Notes: generated by a model from the sequence alone, not told the origin. Counted from the stretch's first letter, positions 1 through 10,114 are shown. The stretch: DNA of 64,000 nucleotides from Candidatus Latescibacterota bacterium (GCA_963422735.1 OY730476.1:1152001-1216000), one strand, 5' to 3'. Numbers and translations are program-made.

Positions 1-67
1 TTAGTGCTATGAGCCCGTTTCCTAAGAGTACTGCGAACGTGCTTAGACATAACAAAGTCCAGTTCAT
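1..67 (-). CDS. 5' part of a small hydrophobic protein running off the window edge
   Basis: ATG at 67 preceded by a GGAGGAG RBS; reads MNWTLLCLSTFAVLLGNGLIAL to the window edge. Confidence 0.4.
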   Translation of the reverse strand, partial: MNWTLLCLSTFAVLLGNGLIAL

Positions 68-111
68 TTACTTCTCCTCCTGTTTAGATGGGTTTAGACA
101 TCTGATACCTT

Positions 112-348
112 CTATTTCAGGATAGAGGCGGCCTTGACTAGACGCTCTATCCAAAATTGACCCCAATCCTTCGTCGCCTTTAGCGTCCTTTGTGGCTTGT
201 CCGTCTTAAAGACAAACCGATTTTCCTTCGTACTGATAACAACCTCCAAGGACCATAGCGACGCCTTCCGCATGATAGAAATATGCCGGTCGATGACCGC
301 ATACGTGCCTGCGGGCAAATCGAGCCACTCTTCCTTCCTTGCGTCCAC
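112..348 (-). CDS. small hypothetical protein (phage/MGE-like)
   Basis: 78-aa ORF co-oriented with its neighbours; no recognised domain. Confidence 0.35.
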   Translation of the reverse strand: MDARKEEWLDLPAGTYAVIDRHISIMRKASLWSLEVVISTKENRFVFKTDKPQRTLKATKDWGQFWIERLVKAASILK

Positions 349-405
349 CGAAGGTTCGCTTCACTCACACCATACTGCTGAGCATACCCGATTCTTGTCC
401 GGCCA

Positions 406-798
406 TTAGCTCTCTGCCTCTAGCTCGGCCAGCTCAGCCGCCCGCCGGACCAGCTCAGCCGCCGCTTTAGGCGCGGCCTGCTCTAGCGCCCATCGCCAAT
501 CCCCTGCGGTGGCGCCGTGCTTGGCCGCCACCGCCTCAAAGCTACCGAGCGTGTCGGCCAGCGTCTGGTAACGATTAGCAACCAACTCCACCAACTCAAC
601 GCGATCCGCCAGGGTCAGAAAGCCGATCCACCCCGACCATTTGCCGTTCTTGTTATAGGTCTTATCCGTACAAACAGCAAGACTCTTGGCCCCGTCCTGG
701 GGCTTCGACAAAAAAGTAACCCCGTTGTCACTCACTAGGAAATAATAGGGCCGCTGGGAGCCGGGATACAACCCCGTGCGAAATCGTACGGTTTTCAT
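406..798 (-). CDS. hypothetical protein (phage/MGE-like)
   Basis: 130-aa ORF with an AAGGAG RBS upstream of the ATG; Ala-rich helical C-terminus; no recognised domain. Confidence 0.6.
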   Translation of the reverse strand: MKTVRFRTGLYPGSQRPYYFLVSDNGVTFLSKPQDGAKSLAVCTDKTYNKNGKWSGWIGFLTLADRVELVELVANRYQTLADTLGSFEAVAAKHGATAGDWRWALEQAAPKAAAELVRRAAELAELEAES

Positions 799-917
799 GC
801 TTCGATCTCCTTATTTAACCTTCATTATGAAAACGACGCCTTTTCCGACGCCCCAAACTATTGCAGATTATAAATCGCAAAGGCTCGCCCCAAATCCAAA
901 CCAAAAACCAAAATCCC

Positions 918-2315
918 ATGCACCTACCTCTTCTCCGCGCCGGTCAGCCCTACGCCAGCCTCGACCGCCTCGCTGTCGCCCACATCGCCACCGGCCAACC
1001 TATGGCTCACGTCAGCCAAGCCAACCGCGGCCTGATCGCCCGCGACTTAGCCGCCCAAGAACGCAATCGCCAAGCACTGCAAGCTCTCACCGTCGCCGAA
1101 TTGGTCGCCATCTGCCAACGAGCAGCCGATCTCTTTTTGCACGCCGAGCTGCCTTTAGGCGACGGCAGCCAAACCCCGGACGACTACGTCGCGCAAGTCT
1201 CGGCCACCACCGGCCTGCCGCAGTCATTGGCCCGCGCCAACATGGACAAAATCCACCGCGTCGGCGTCGAAATGCCCGCCGTGCTCAGCGGCCTGACCCG
1301 AGGTTTGGATCTAACCATCCTCGACGACGGCCCAAGTCCGCTCCACTTCGTGCCCCACGCCCAAGCCCTCGGCTGCATCCTGCCGAGCAATTCGCCCGGC
1401 GTCCACGCGCTATGGCTGCCAGCCATCCCGCTCAAGAAGCCGCTGGTGCTCAAGCCGGGCCGTGAAGAGCCGTGGACGCCCTATCGCATCGCCCAAGCCC
1501 TGATCGCCGCCGGCTGTCCACCCCACGCTTTGAGCTACTACCCGACCGATCACAGCGGCAGCACTGAAATCCTGCTCCGCTGTGGTCGCTCGCTGCTGTT
1601 TGGCGGCGGCTCTACTGTAGCGCCCTGGCGCGGCGACCCTCGCGTCCAGTTACACGGACCAGGGCGCAGCAAGATCATCATCGGCGCAGACAAAATCGAC
1701 CAGTGGGAGCACTACCTCGACTTCATGGTCGCCTCAATCGCCGCCAATGGGGGCCGCTCCTGCCTCAACGCCTCCGGCATCTGGGTGCCCGAGCGGGGCC
1801 TTGAAATCGCGGCCGCTCTCGGCGAGCGTCTGCGCCAAATCCAAGCCCGCCCCCTCGACGATCCCCAAGCCCAAATCGCCGCCTTCCCCAATCCCGCAGG
1901 GGCGCGCCAACTCTCAACCCGAATCGACGCCCAGCTCGGCGACGCGGCCCAAGACACGGCCAGAGACCCAGGCGAACGCATCGCCGAGGTCGGCGGCTGC
2001 ACCTTCCTCAACCCAACCTTGATCCACGCCCCCGACTGGCAACATCCGCTCGCCAATGCGGAGTATCTCTTCCCCTTTGCCGCCGTCGTCGAAGTTCCGC
2101 AAGAAGAAGTGGTCGTGCGCATCGGCCCGACGCTGGTAGCTACCGCCCTCACCGAGGACGAGCACCTAACGCGCCAACTGCTCGCCGCGCACCACATCGA
2201 ACGCCTCAACCTCGGCCCGATCCCCACTCACCAGATCGCCTGGGATCAGCCGCACGAGGGCAACCTCTTCGACTTCCTCTACCAGCAGCGCGCCTTGCAG
2301 CGCAGAGCCGGATGA
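918..2315 (+). CDS. aldehyde dehydrogenase family protein
   Basis: LPSNSPG, LKPGREEP, catalytic Cys in GGRSCLNAS, EYLFP motif; likely start MHLPLL at 918. Confidence 0.85.
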   Translation: MHLPLLRAGQPYASLDRLAVAHIATGQPMAHVSQANRGLIARDLAAQERNRQALQALTVAELVAICQRAADLFLHAELPLGDGSQTPDDYVAQVSATTGLPQSLARANMDKIHRVGVEMPAVLSGLTRGLDLTILDDGPSPLHFVPHAQALGCILPSNSPGVHALWLPAIPLKKPLVLKPGREEPWTPYRIAQALIAAGCPPHALSYYPTDHSGSTEILLRCGRSLLFGGGSTVAPWRGDPRVQLHGPGRSKIIIGADKIDQWEHYLDFMVASIAANGGRSCLNASGIWVPERGLEIAAALGERLRQIQARPLDDPQAQIAAFPNPAGARQLSTRIDAQLGDAAQDTARDPGERIAEVGGCTFLNPTLIHAPDWQHPLANAEYLFPFAAVVEVPQEEVVVRIGPTLVATALTEDEHLTRQLLAAHHIERLNLGPIPTHQIAWDQPHEGNLFDFLYQQRALQRRAG

Positions 2316-3439
2316 CCCCTTTCGACTTTGATCCATCCATCCGCGTAGTCTTTGGTGCCGGGACCCTCGACCGGCTAGGCGATCTCGCCCAGGCGTTGGC
2401 CGGCCCCCACGCCCTGCTCGTAACCGACCCCGGCCTCGTCCAAGCCGGCCTTGCCGAACAGGCCCTGCACGCGCTACAAAACGCCGGGCTAGAGACGACC
2501 CCCTTTTCCGCCCTAACGGAAAACCCCACGACCGAACACGTAGCCGCCGGCGTCCGTCACGCCCGCGCCCACGGCCCCATTGACCTGATCGTCGCCTTGG
2601 GCGGCGGCAGCGTTATGGACTGCGCCAAGGGCATCAATTTCCTGCTTACCAACAGCGGCCCAATGCAGGACTACCGAGGCTATGGCAAAGCCACCCAGCC
2701 CATGCTACCCTCCATCGGCGTTCCCACTACGGCCGGTACGGGTAGCGAGGCCCAATCCTACGCCCTGATTACCTGCCCTGACACGGGTTCCAAAATGGCC
2801 TGCGGTGACCACAAAGCGCGCTTCCACATCGCCCTCCTCGACCCGAACCTGCTGGCCAGCACCCCCCAGCGCGTCCGCGCCGACGCTGGCATGGACGCCC
2901 TCGCCCATGCCGTCGAAAGCTACGTCTCCACTCGCCGCACCCCCCTCTCGCAGATGTTCGCCCGCCAAGCCTGGCGGCTGCTAGCGCCCCACTACGAGGC
3001 GGCCGTCGCCGATCCCCAAAACGCCGCCGACACCATGCTTTTAGGGGCCCATCTAGCCGGCACCGCCATCGAAAACTCCATGCTCGGCGCCGCCCATGCC
3101 ACCGCCAACCCCCTCACCGCCCGCTACCCGCTCACCCATGGCCGGGCCGTGGCCCTGATGCTGCCGCACGTGATCCGCTTGAATGGCCCCGTGGTGGACG
3201 ATCTATACGGCGAACTGTGCGTGGATATCCAACTCAATGGTAGCACCTTCGCGCTCGCTGCCCATCTCGAAGAACTATGCACTATGGCAGGACTACCGCG
3301 TCGGCTCGCCGATTGTCAGGTCGCCGCAAGCAATCTACCCGCCATGGCCCAAGACGCCGCCGGCCAATGGACCGGCACCTTCAACCCGATTCCTCTGCAA
3401 GAAGTGGATTTCCTGCGACTGTACGAGACGGCGTTTTGA
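2312..3439 (+). CDS. iron-containing alcohol dehydrogenase
   Basis: GGGSVMD, PTTAGTGSE, DALAHAVES, GAAHA...HG motifs; ATGA overlap with the ALDH gene. Confidence 0.9.
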   Translation: MTPFDFDPSIRVVFGAGTLDRLGDLAQALAGPHALLVTDPGLVQAGLAEQALHALQNAGLETTPFSALTENPTTEHVAAGVRHARAHGPIDLIVALGGGSVMDCAKGINFLLTNSGPMQDYRGYGKATQPMLPSIGVPTTAGTGSEAQSYALITCPDTGSKMACGDHKARFHIALLDPNLLASTPQRVRADAGMDALAHAVESYVSTRRTPLSQMFARQAWRLLAPHYEAAVADPQNAADTMLLGAHLAGTAIENSMLGAAHATANPLTARYPLTHGRAVALMLPHVIRLNGPVVDDLYGELCVDIQLNGSTFALAAHLEELCTMAGLPRRLADCQVAASNLPAMAQDAAGQWTGTFNPIPLQEVDFLRLYETAF

Positions 3440-3469
3440 TGGGGAAGGAAGGAACGTGGGACGACCGCC

Positions 3470-3735
3470 CGGTCGCAATAGAAGGCCAACGGCTTTGGCG
3501 ATCGAATACCGCGGCGGAAACGACACCAACCCATGCAGAGGATCGTTGGCGACCTCCATTTCTTCCATATCAAACCCAAAATCCCCGGCAATCGGCTCAA
3601 ACCGGGACTGAACATGACTACGAATATCACCTCGAAGGGTCGGCCCACACCAGATGGTATTGCGTCTCGTTGACGGCATGGCTCGTTCGACCTATGGGCC
3701 TCGGGGGGCAAAATAGGCTTGCCTACGCAAGCTGA
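3470..3735 (-). mobile_element. tnpA: IS200/IS605-family tnpA (Y1 HUH transposase) remnant with end hairpin
   Basis: SHAVNETQYHLVW, then a frameshift to LRGDIRS...MEVANDPLHGLVSFPPRYSIAKAVGLL; hairpin GCTTGC-CTAC-GCAAGC at 3717-3732. Confidence 0.7.
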
Positions 3736-3749
3736 ACTCTTCCTCCCCT

Positions 3750-3920
3750 TCCAAGGGCCCTGCCGCCATCCGCATCGGGCCGTGGAAACGGGTCTGAGAT
3801 CCCAGCGGCCAAGGCGGCTGGGCTCTCTACAACATGGAAGAGCGAGAAAAAGGTAGCGTTAGGGAAATGGAAAAGCACTACCGAGCATGGGCCAACCGCG
3901 CAGAGGTCCTGCCTAGCCCA
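3750..3920 (+). pseudogene. arylsulfatase C-terminal remnant
   Basis: AAIRIGPWKRV*DPSGQGGWALYNMEE...VREMEKHYRAWANRAEVLP resembles a sulfatase C-terminus, with an in-frame stop and a deletion. Confidence 0.55.
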
Positions 3921-4005
3921 TCAACCGAGGCGCGTGGAAATTCCCCGGTAGGTACCGGGACGGCCCGGCCACGTGGTCTAACGACGGCTCCCACAAGGGA
4001 TGCCC

Positions 4006-5584
4006 CTACGGTGTAGCCCCTACCTTTTTGTACCTCTCCGCGCGCACCTGGTAGATTTCCCGCGCCTCGCGGGTCCTCTCCGTCCCACCCCGCTCCATCC
4101 ACTCGGCTACAAAATCGTCGAAAGAGTCGAGGGCGCGCTCGCCGCGCACCCTCTCGGCGTACGCGGTCCTCTGCACATTGCGCCGATCGCGCAGATACTG
4201 GATCGACGAGGGCACCCCGTCCGGCTTGCCGAAAAGGCCGGCCTGCGCCCACTCAGGGCGCTGATAGCGCGCGCGGTGTTCCAGCATCGCCGTCGGCAGG
4301 TACTGATCGGCCATGGCGGGCCGGACGCCGCAGGGCGCGAAAAAGCCGCCCGGGCCATCGACGTTCAACACGGTCAGATGCTTGCTGGCAGCATGGCGGT
4401 CATCGTAGGGCGGCAGAGGGTACAGTCCGCGCTCAGCGTCGAACTCCCAATGCACGCCCCGTTGCCCCATCCGCACATCGACGAAGAGCTTTTCCTCAAC
4501 CGCTAGTGCCTCGAAAATTTTGAGCATCCGCACGACCTTCTCAGGCGCTGCGGCCACCTGCTTGCCGAAGACGAAGACATGAGCGGCCGTGCTCCACACC
4601 CGCGCCCCGCGGAGGCCCTCCGGGCCGGCGGGGAACGGCCCGACCACCCCCTCGGCACCCGGCTGCAACGCAGCAATGACCGATACCAACGACGCCTTGT
4701 TGTACTGGTCAAAGCTGTTATAGCTGCCCTGGCCGAAGAGATAACCGGTCTTGCCGCTGACGAATTTCTGGTAGGGCATCGGGCTGCTCTTGATGGGGCC
4801 GATCGCAAAGTCGGGGTCAATCAGCCCATCGTCGTACCACTTGCGCAAAAGCCCCAGTATCTCTTTGACCTCGGGCCGAGTCCCGCCCCACACGACCTCG
4901 CCGTCGCGCAGCATCCAACCGTGCGGCGCGATTCCGTAGGCCCCGAAAACTTCGCCGAACGCCGTGAACCAAGCCTGCGCGTTGGGACCCATGCCGTAGG
5001 TGTCCTCTATCCCATTGCCATCTGGATCCTCGTGGCGAAACTTCCACAGCCGGCACCGGATAGCCGAGGCTGCTGCCCCAAGTGGGGATGCCGTAGTTGG
5101 CCCCTTTCCAGTAGGCGTAGAGCCACGTCGAGGGCGCGTACTCGTTGAGATAGCGCACCTAGTTGGGCGCGTGTTTTTGGATGACCTTGTAGGGAATGGG
5201 CAGCGCATAGCCGTGGTGAGCGTCCTTTTGCACCACGACCGGATCGCCGGCGTAGAACAAATCGGGCCCATTGCCGCCGGCAAAGACCAGCGGCCGACGC
5301 CGCATATAGGCAAAATGACGGGTAAACATCGGTTTGAAGTCGACGTTGAACCGCGCTTCGAGCCGCTTTTCGATCCAAGTGCCCTCGCGCACGGTGGGAA
5401 AGCGCGGGATGCTCATCCAAGCGATCTCGAGCGGCTCCGCCGGGTCATCGACGACCGCATCCCAGTCGATACTCCGTTCCGCCTCTGCCGCCTGCATCCT
5501 CCGCGCCTGCCGCTCGGCGAGGGCATACACCGTGCTGATACAGGCGAAAAACGCGAACAGGGCGAGCATTTTTTTCCGCGTCAT
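4006..5584 (-). pseudogene. ABC transporter extracellular solute-binding protein (family 1, LplA-like), disrupted
   Basis: signal peptide; in-frame TAG at 5159-5161; frameshift near 5050 into KFRHEDPDGNGIEDTYG; typical C-terminus SFDDFVAEWMERGG. Confidence 0.75.
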
Positions 5585-5611
5585 GGCAATCTAAGAAGCA
5601 GGGATTAGTAG

Positions 5612-5763
5612 CCACTGACCCCTGACCCCTGACCCCTGACCCCTGACCCCTGACCCCTGACCACTGACCACTGACCCCTAACCACTGACCACTGACCACT
5701 GACCACTAACCACTGACCACTGACCACTAACCACTGACCACTGACCACTAACCACTGACCCCT
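5612..5763. repeat. heptamer tandem repeat (CCCTGAC/CACTGAC/CACTAAC), about 21 units
   Basis: directly visible 7-bp periodic array. Confidence 0.95.
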
Positions 5764-5801
5764 AAAAAAGGGAGACCGATCGAAGCCGATCTACCTCCCC
5801 A
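5764..5801 (-). terminator. probable intrinsic terminator
   Basis: imperfect stem GGGAG..ATCG-aagc-CGAT..CTCCC next to an A6 run (U-tract on the minus strand), just downstream of the gene ending at 5829. Confidence 0.55.
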
Positions 5802-5828
5802 AGTTAAACCCGAAAACTACCGGGATAG

Positions 5829-6773
5829 CTACTGCATGTACGAAGCCTTGATGGGGCCCCAGCTATCGTTCTCAACGGCGGTTGGCAAAAGCTCCATCTG
5901 CGCCGGCAGCAGGATGAAGTCGGTGATGCACTTGCCGTCGCCGTTGCCGCAGCGCTGACCGCCCATGCGCCAAGCGGCGAAGCGGCGGTCGGTTTCGTTG
6001 TCAGTGCCCACATCGTTGTCGATGATCGCGATGCCCAGCCCGACGATGTCGTTTTCGCTGAAGGCGTGCTGGACGCTGTTTTCGGGCGACGCGTGGTCGA
6101 AGTCGTCCCAGCCTAGGGTCCACCACTCCGCTTGGAAGGTCGCCTCGGTGGCATGCGCGCCATTGAGATTGAAGGAGTCCCCGCAGCACGAATAGGGCTC
6201 GGCGTCGTGCCAAGTAGCGCTTGAGGGCCCAAGCCCGTTCCAGCCGATCGGTTCCATCGGTGGCCAGCGGTAGGGGCTCATCTGGTTGAGGCGGCCCCGA
6301 TTGCGCAGCACTTCCTCCTCGGTGTCAAAATCGTCGGCGCCAAACCACGAGACCTCGCCGCCGTGATGGGCGTCGAGGTTGATCTCAAAGCGGTCGTCGC
6401 CGCCAGCGCCACCCACGCCGCCGGCATCGCGACCCCACCGATCGTCGAAGCGGTCCTAGACCAAGTAGAGGCGGTCCAGCTCGTCGTTCCAACCTGAAGT
6501 CCAGCGGAAGTTCAGATCGGCGGTATAGACCTCGGCCCCAACCTCGCCGGCCACTACCACGTGCAGGAGTTCGCCGTTGAACTCGCTAAACGGCGTCAGC
6601 CACAACGTGTCGGGCACTACGTCCCAATCGGAACTATCGCCGGCCATCACCGGCAGATGCGACGTGGGCCACTGCCAGACGCCCAAGATCAAGCCCTCGG
6701 GCACGGGTGCAACAGAAGGCGAGCTCAGGCCCAAAAGCGATACGGCCACACTCAACGTCAATAGTTTCCTCAT
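5829..6773 (-). pseudogene. secreted protein (CBM9/DOMON-like) with C-terminal TAVExxSWGxIK motif, one in-frame TAG
   Basis: signal peptide MRKLLTLSV after a GGAGAGGGAG RBS; ORFs 6456-6869 and 5829-6416 share a frame and are separated by TAG at 6456-6458. Confidence 0.65.
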
Positions 6774-6948
6774 GTCTTGTCTCCCTCTCCTAAATGGGGG
6801 TTGCTTCGATAAAATTCTCGCGCCGAGGTACTCGGAGAGCACTCTGCATCGCATTAGGTTGTTCGTCATAACAAATGGCTCTTATCTTGTTAATGTATTT
6901 TTAGCTAAGCACCTTCGGCCTAGAGGGCGCGTTGGCATCCTCGAAATT

Positions 6949-7515
6949 ATGCTACGGATCGTCTCCATCCTCCGCGCGCTCTGCCCAGCGGCCTCCCAAG
7001 CCCAGCAACCCGGCTCCGAGCGCATGGTAGCTCGCCAGCGAAGTCCGCGACCGGCCAATTGCCTGCTCAACCACACCATTGCCTCCTGTCTGCTGCCCAT
7101 CCAAAACGAGGGGTCCAAGGCTCGCGGGCTGCCCTTGAACAGTACGCAGCGATCCTGCACGCAGATCGCTGGTTGCTCAACATCGCCTACACGACCCTCA
7201 GCGGGCCTATGACGGCGACTTCTACCAGGATGTCCCTTTTGTGGCCATCACTCCCTCCGCCTCAATGGCATCCGCGACATCTACGCCACCGTTGGATCGG
7301 GCGGCAGCTTCGGCGCGTCGAGCCTACAACAGGAGATTGGTTCAGGCCGCGCCGATACGCTTCTTTTTGTGAAAGTTACCTGGCCGACAACAGGGCAAAA
7401 ACAGCGTTTCTACGACCTCGCCACGGACCAAATCGTCCACATCCGCCAAGGAGACGCCGCGCCCACCCCGATCACCTCAACCGCCTCTCCCTCTCCTCTG
7501 CCCATTAGCCCCTAA
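6949..7515 (+). pseudogene. collapsed CRTAC1/FG-GAP-ASPIC/UnbV family gene
   Basis: ordered fragments NCLLNHTIASCLLPI, RWLLNIAYTTL, AYDGDFYQD and RDIYATVGSGGSFGASSLQQEIG...VTWP in shifting frames. Confidence 0.7.
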
Positions 7516-9109
7516 TGTCCCTCGACTGATCGGATCGCCTCTTCCACCGTCCGCCGTCCCTCGCTCCGCACCCCAATCTCGGCATACGCAGAAAGCGCCT
7601 GTTGCAACGCCTCTAGTGCCCGCTCCTGCGCACCCTGCTTGCGGTACACCAACCCGATATTGCCCAAGCTCTGCGCCTCTCCCTGCCGGTGCCCAACCAA
7701 CTGAAAAACGTGCAGCGCGTCGCTAAATGCCTTGAGTGCCTTGTCCAAGCGACCCTGCTCAAAGTAGATATTGCCGATATTGCTCAGTTGCGCGGCCTCG
7801 CCTTGGCGGTTGCCCACCTGTGTGAAGGCGTACAGGGCATTTTGGAAGGAGGCGAGCGCCTCGTCGATCTTGCCTTGGCGGAAGTGGATGTGGCCGATGT
7901 AGTCGAGTTGGGTCGCCCCCTCGGCGTAGAGATCGAATTCACAGTACAGCTCCAAGGCCGCGCTATAGGCTCTTATCGCCTCGTCTAGACGACCCTGCTT
8001 TTGCAGCACTTGACCGATCTTGCTCGACTGGACGGCTCGGCCACGCGGATGGCCGTGAGCCACGTAAATCTCCAGTGCCGCCTCAAAGGCGGACCGCGCC
8101 GAATCCAAACGACCCTGCTGAAAAAAGAGGCGCGCCATGCGGTCAAGCGTTTCGGCTTGATGCTCTACTTTCTCTTGCGCCTGATGTATAGAAAGCGCCT
8201 CGCGGTAAGCGACCAGCGCCGCCTCTAGATCGTTCTGCTGCTGGTATATTTGTCCAATCCGCACTAACTGGGTTGCGCGGGCCGCTTCGTCAGCTAGGTG
8301 CTCGAGGACGGCCAGTCCTTCGGCAAAATAAAAGTGCGCCGAATCAAGTCTGCTCTCGTCTAGGTGGAGATTGCCGATATTCGTCAGTCCGCCGGCTTGG
8401 CCGCGCAAATACCCCTCGTCTCGGTAGAGCGCGAGTGCCTCCGAGAAGGCCGCCAGTGCCGAATCCGCCGCGCCCCGAGCGAAGTAAACCATGCCTCTCG
8501 CGCCAGTCCGAGACGATCACCGACCCGCCGGTGCCCATCCCGGGCCTGCTTTAGAAAGTCGAGCGCCTGCCCTAAATCGCCCCCCATGAAATAGGCCGCG
8601 CCCAGATCGCCGAGCGCTTGGGCCTCGCCGGCGACAAAGCCGTTCTGCCGGTGTAGCACCACCGCACTTTGGTAGGACACCAACGCCGAGTCGAGACGCC
8701 CTAGAAGCTGATGGGCCAGGCCCAAATTGCCTAGCAAAGCGGCTTGAACATCTTCTTGTGCAGCTTTAGAAAGTTCCAGTCCCTTTACCAGCACCTCCCC
8801 AGCCCGGCTATACTCGCCAGCGCACAGCAGGGCGACCCCTGCATTGAGCCAAATCGCCGGCGACGGTCGCCTCGCAGCAGCCTGCAAATAGCTCGCAGCC
8901 GCAGCAGTGCAGCGACCCGCGCCGAGATGATCTTCGCCAGCGGTAAAGTACGCCCGCGCCGCAGCGGTCTCTTCGCCCTCTTCGGCGAAATTGACCCGCG
9001 CCGCCTTCATCACCACCAGCCCATGCGGGCTCTCGTAGAGGACGAGAGGCACTTCTTTCGCGAACTCACAGGCCGCAAACAGCGCAAGCAGCAGAACGCG
9101 ATAGATCAC
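7512..9109 (-). pseudogene. tetratricopeptide repeat lipoprotein, frameshifted near 8490
   Basis: lipobox LFAAC; repeated A-x-x-L-x-N-I-G TPR units in two overlapping ORFs (8384-9109 and 7512-8492). Confidence 0.75.
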
Positions 9110-9121
9110 GGCCGCGTTTTC

Positions 9122-9865
9122 CTACTCGGCTTCGCTTTGGCTCAATACCGACCGGCTGTCGAAATGCACCACCCCAAAGCGCTGGGGCACGTGGAATTGC
9201 GGCTTGGGCGCCAAGGTATTGGACCAAGTGATATACTGTAGATTGACCGCGCCGCCCGTGCGATACAGGTTGAGGCGCCACACATCGCCAGCGGCCGGGG
9301 GCAGGCGGGGGGCGTATGGAGCGAAGACGGCAAAGGGAAGGACAATCTCCGCGGTCCAGAGTGTATCCTGATCTGTCTCGTGGTTGAGTGTGCCCTGAAT
9401 GTCGATGGCCGCCTGTACGCCCTCGCCGTTCCATCTGGACGAACGATCGGAGCGCGGCGAGCGGTCCAGAATCGTGCCCAAGGCGTTGAATTCAAAGTTG
9501 AAATAGCTGGTGACTTGGCTGGTGTCTGGGGCGATGAATACCTCGACGCAATCGTCGCGCGATACCGGACTGTCGCGCTCGGTCAAGGTGGCCGAAATGT
9601 GCGGATCGTGCGCGGTGAAGGCGACGTACAGATGGACGTCGTCCCACAGCAAGCGGGCTTCGGTGCGATCCTTGGCACCTTCAGTCCACCAAGGGAAGAC
9701 GAACTGGTCGATGACTTGAGCGGCCTCCCAGGAAGGCTCATTGAGGCGGCCGTCCACAGCGATAGGTCCGGCGGCGCGGCGGATGGTGTGGTGCGGCAGG
9801 GCATCCTCGGCGGGAGCGGCGGAGGCGGCCAAGGCGAAGCAGAGGGTGGAGACGAGATAGCGCAT
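9122..9865 (-). CDS. carbohydrate-binding family 9-like secreted protein
   Basis: signal peptide MRYLVST; IAVDGRLNEPSW, LWDD.LYVAF, DCVEVFI, WRLNLYR, FHVPQRFG. Confidence 0.8.
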   Translation of the reverse strand: MRYLVSTLCFALAASAAPAEDALPHHTIRRAAGPIAVDGRLNEPSWEAAQVIDQFVFPWWTEGAKDRTEARLLWDDVHLYVAFTAHDPHISATLTERDSPVSRDDCVEVFIAPDTSQVTSYFNFEFNALGTILDRSPRSDRSSRWNGEGVQAAIDIQGTLNHETDQDTLWTAEIVLPFAVFAPYAPRLPPAAGDVWRLNLYRTGGAVNLQYITWSNTLAPKPQFHVPQRFGVVHFDSRSVLSQSEAE

Positions 9866-9894
9866 GGGGTTTTCCAATCGAAGGGTACGCTTTA

Positions 9895-10105
9895 AGTCAC
9901 AAAAGACCTTCACGCCAGTTCTTTTTGAACTCGGGTCTTACTCCAGCAGGGTTGAATCCCAGAAGCCCGGGCCTGCTGCACCATTTCCCGTTCTGTCAGA
10001 CCGGAGATTTCTTCTGCCCAGCCAATCGCTATAAGCCCTACTTATAGAGCCACAGAGCCCGCGTCTTCTTGCCGCTGTGGACGCTTGGCTCAGCGAGCTC
10101 ATAGT
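9895..10105 (-). pseudogene. UPF0175-like antitoxin remnant followed by the start of a PIN-type toxin
   Basis: ALWLYK...EEISGLTEREMVQQARASGIQP..ELA* overlapping a GTG start that reads MKVFCD. Confidence 0.4.
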
Positions 10106-10114
10106 CGAAATGCG

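Noticed and set aside
776-1465. Long alternative-frame and antisense ORFs (e.g. 776-1465, 20357-21310, 23941-24909, 58927-59832)
   Set aside because: Shadow ORFs of GC-rich genes: Arg/Pro/Ala-rich or antisense to well-supported CDSs, with no motifs.
3801-3823. Hairpin CCCAGC...GCTGGG as an IS200/IS605 end
   Set aside because: It lies in frame within the sulfatase remnant (PSGQGGWALY); the hairpin at 3717-3732 fits the tnpA remnant better.
5445-5699. ORF with SGVRGQG repeats
   Set aside because: Simply the translation of the heptamer DNA repeat; no RBS or domain support.
5612-5763. CRISPR array
   Set aside because: 7-bp tandem units without unique spacers; no cas genes in the window.
5159-6458. 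TAG stop-codon reassignment or pyrrolysine readthrough suggested by two in-frame TAGs
   Set aside because: TAG ends many intact genes at their expected C-termini (e.g. 9122, 21704, 24906, 31909) and no pyl genes are seen; point mutation in CCAGG is simpler.
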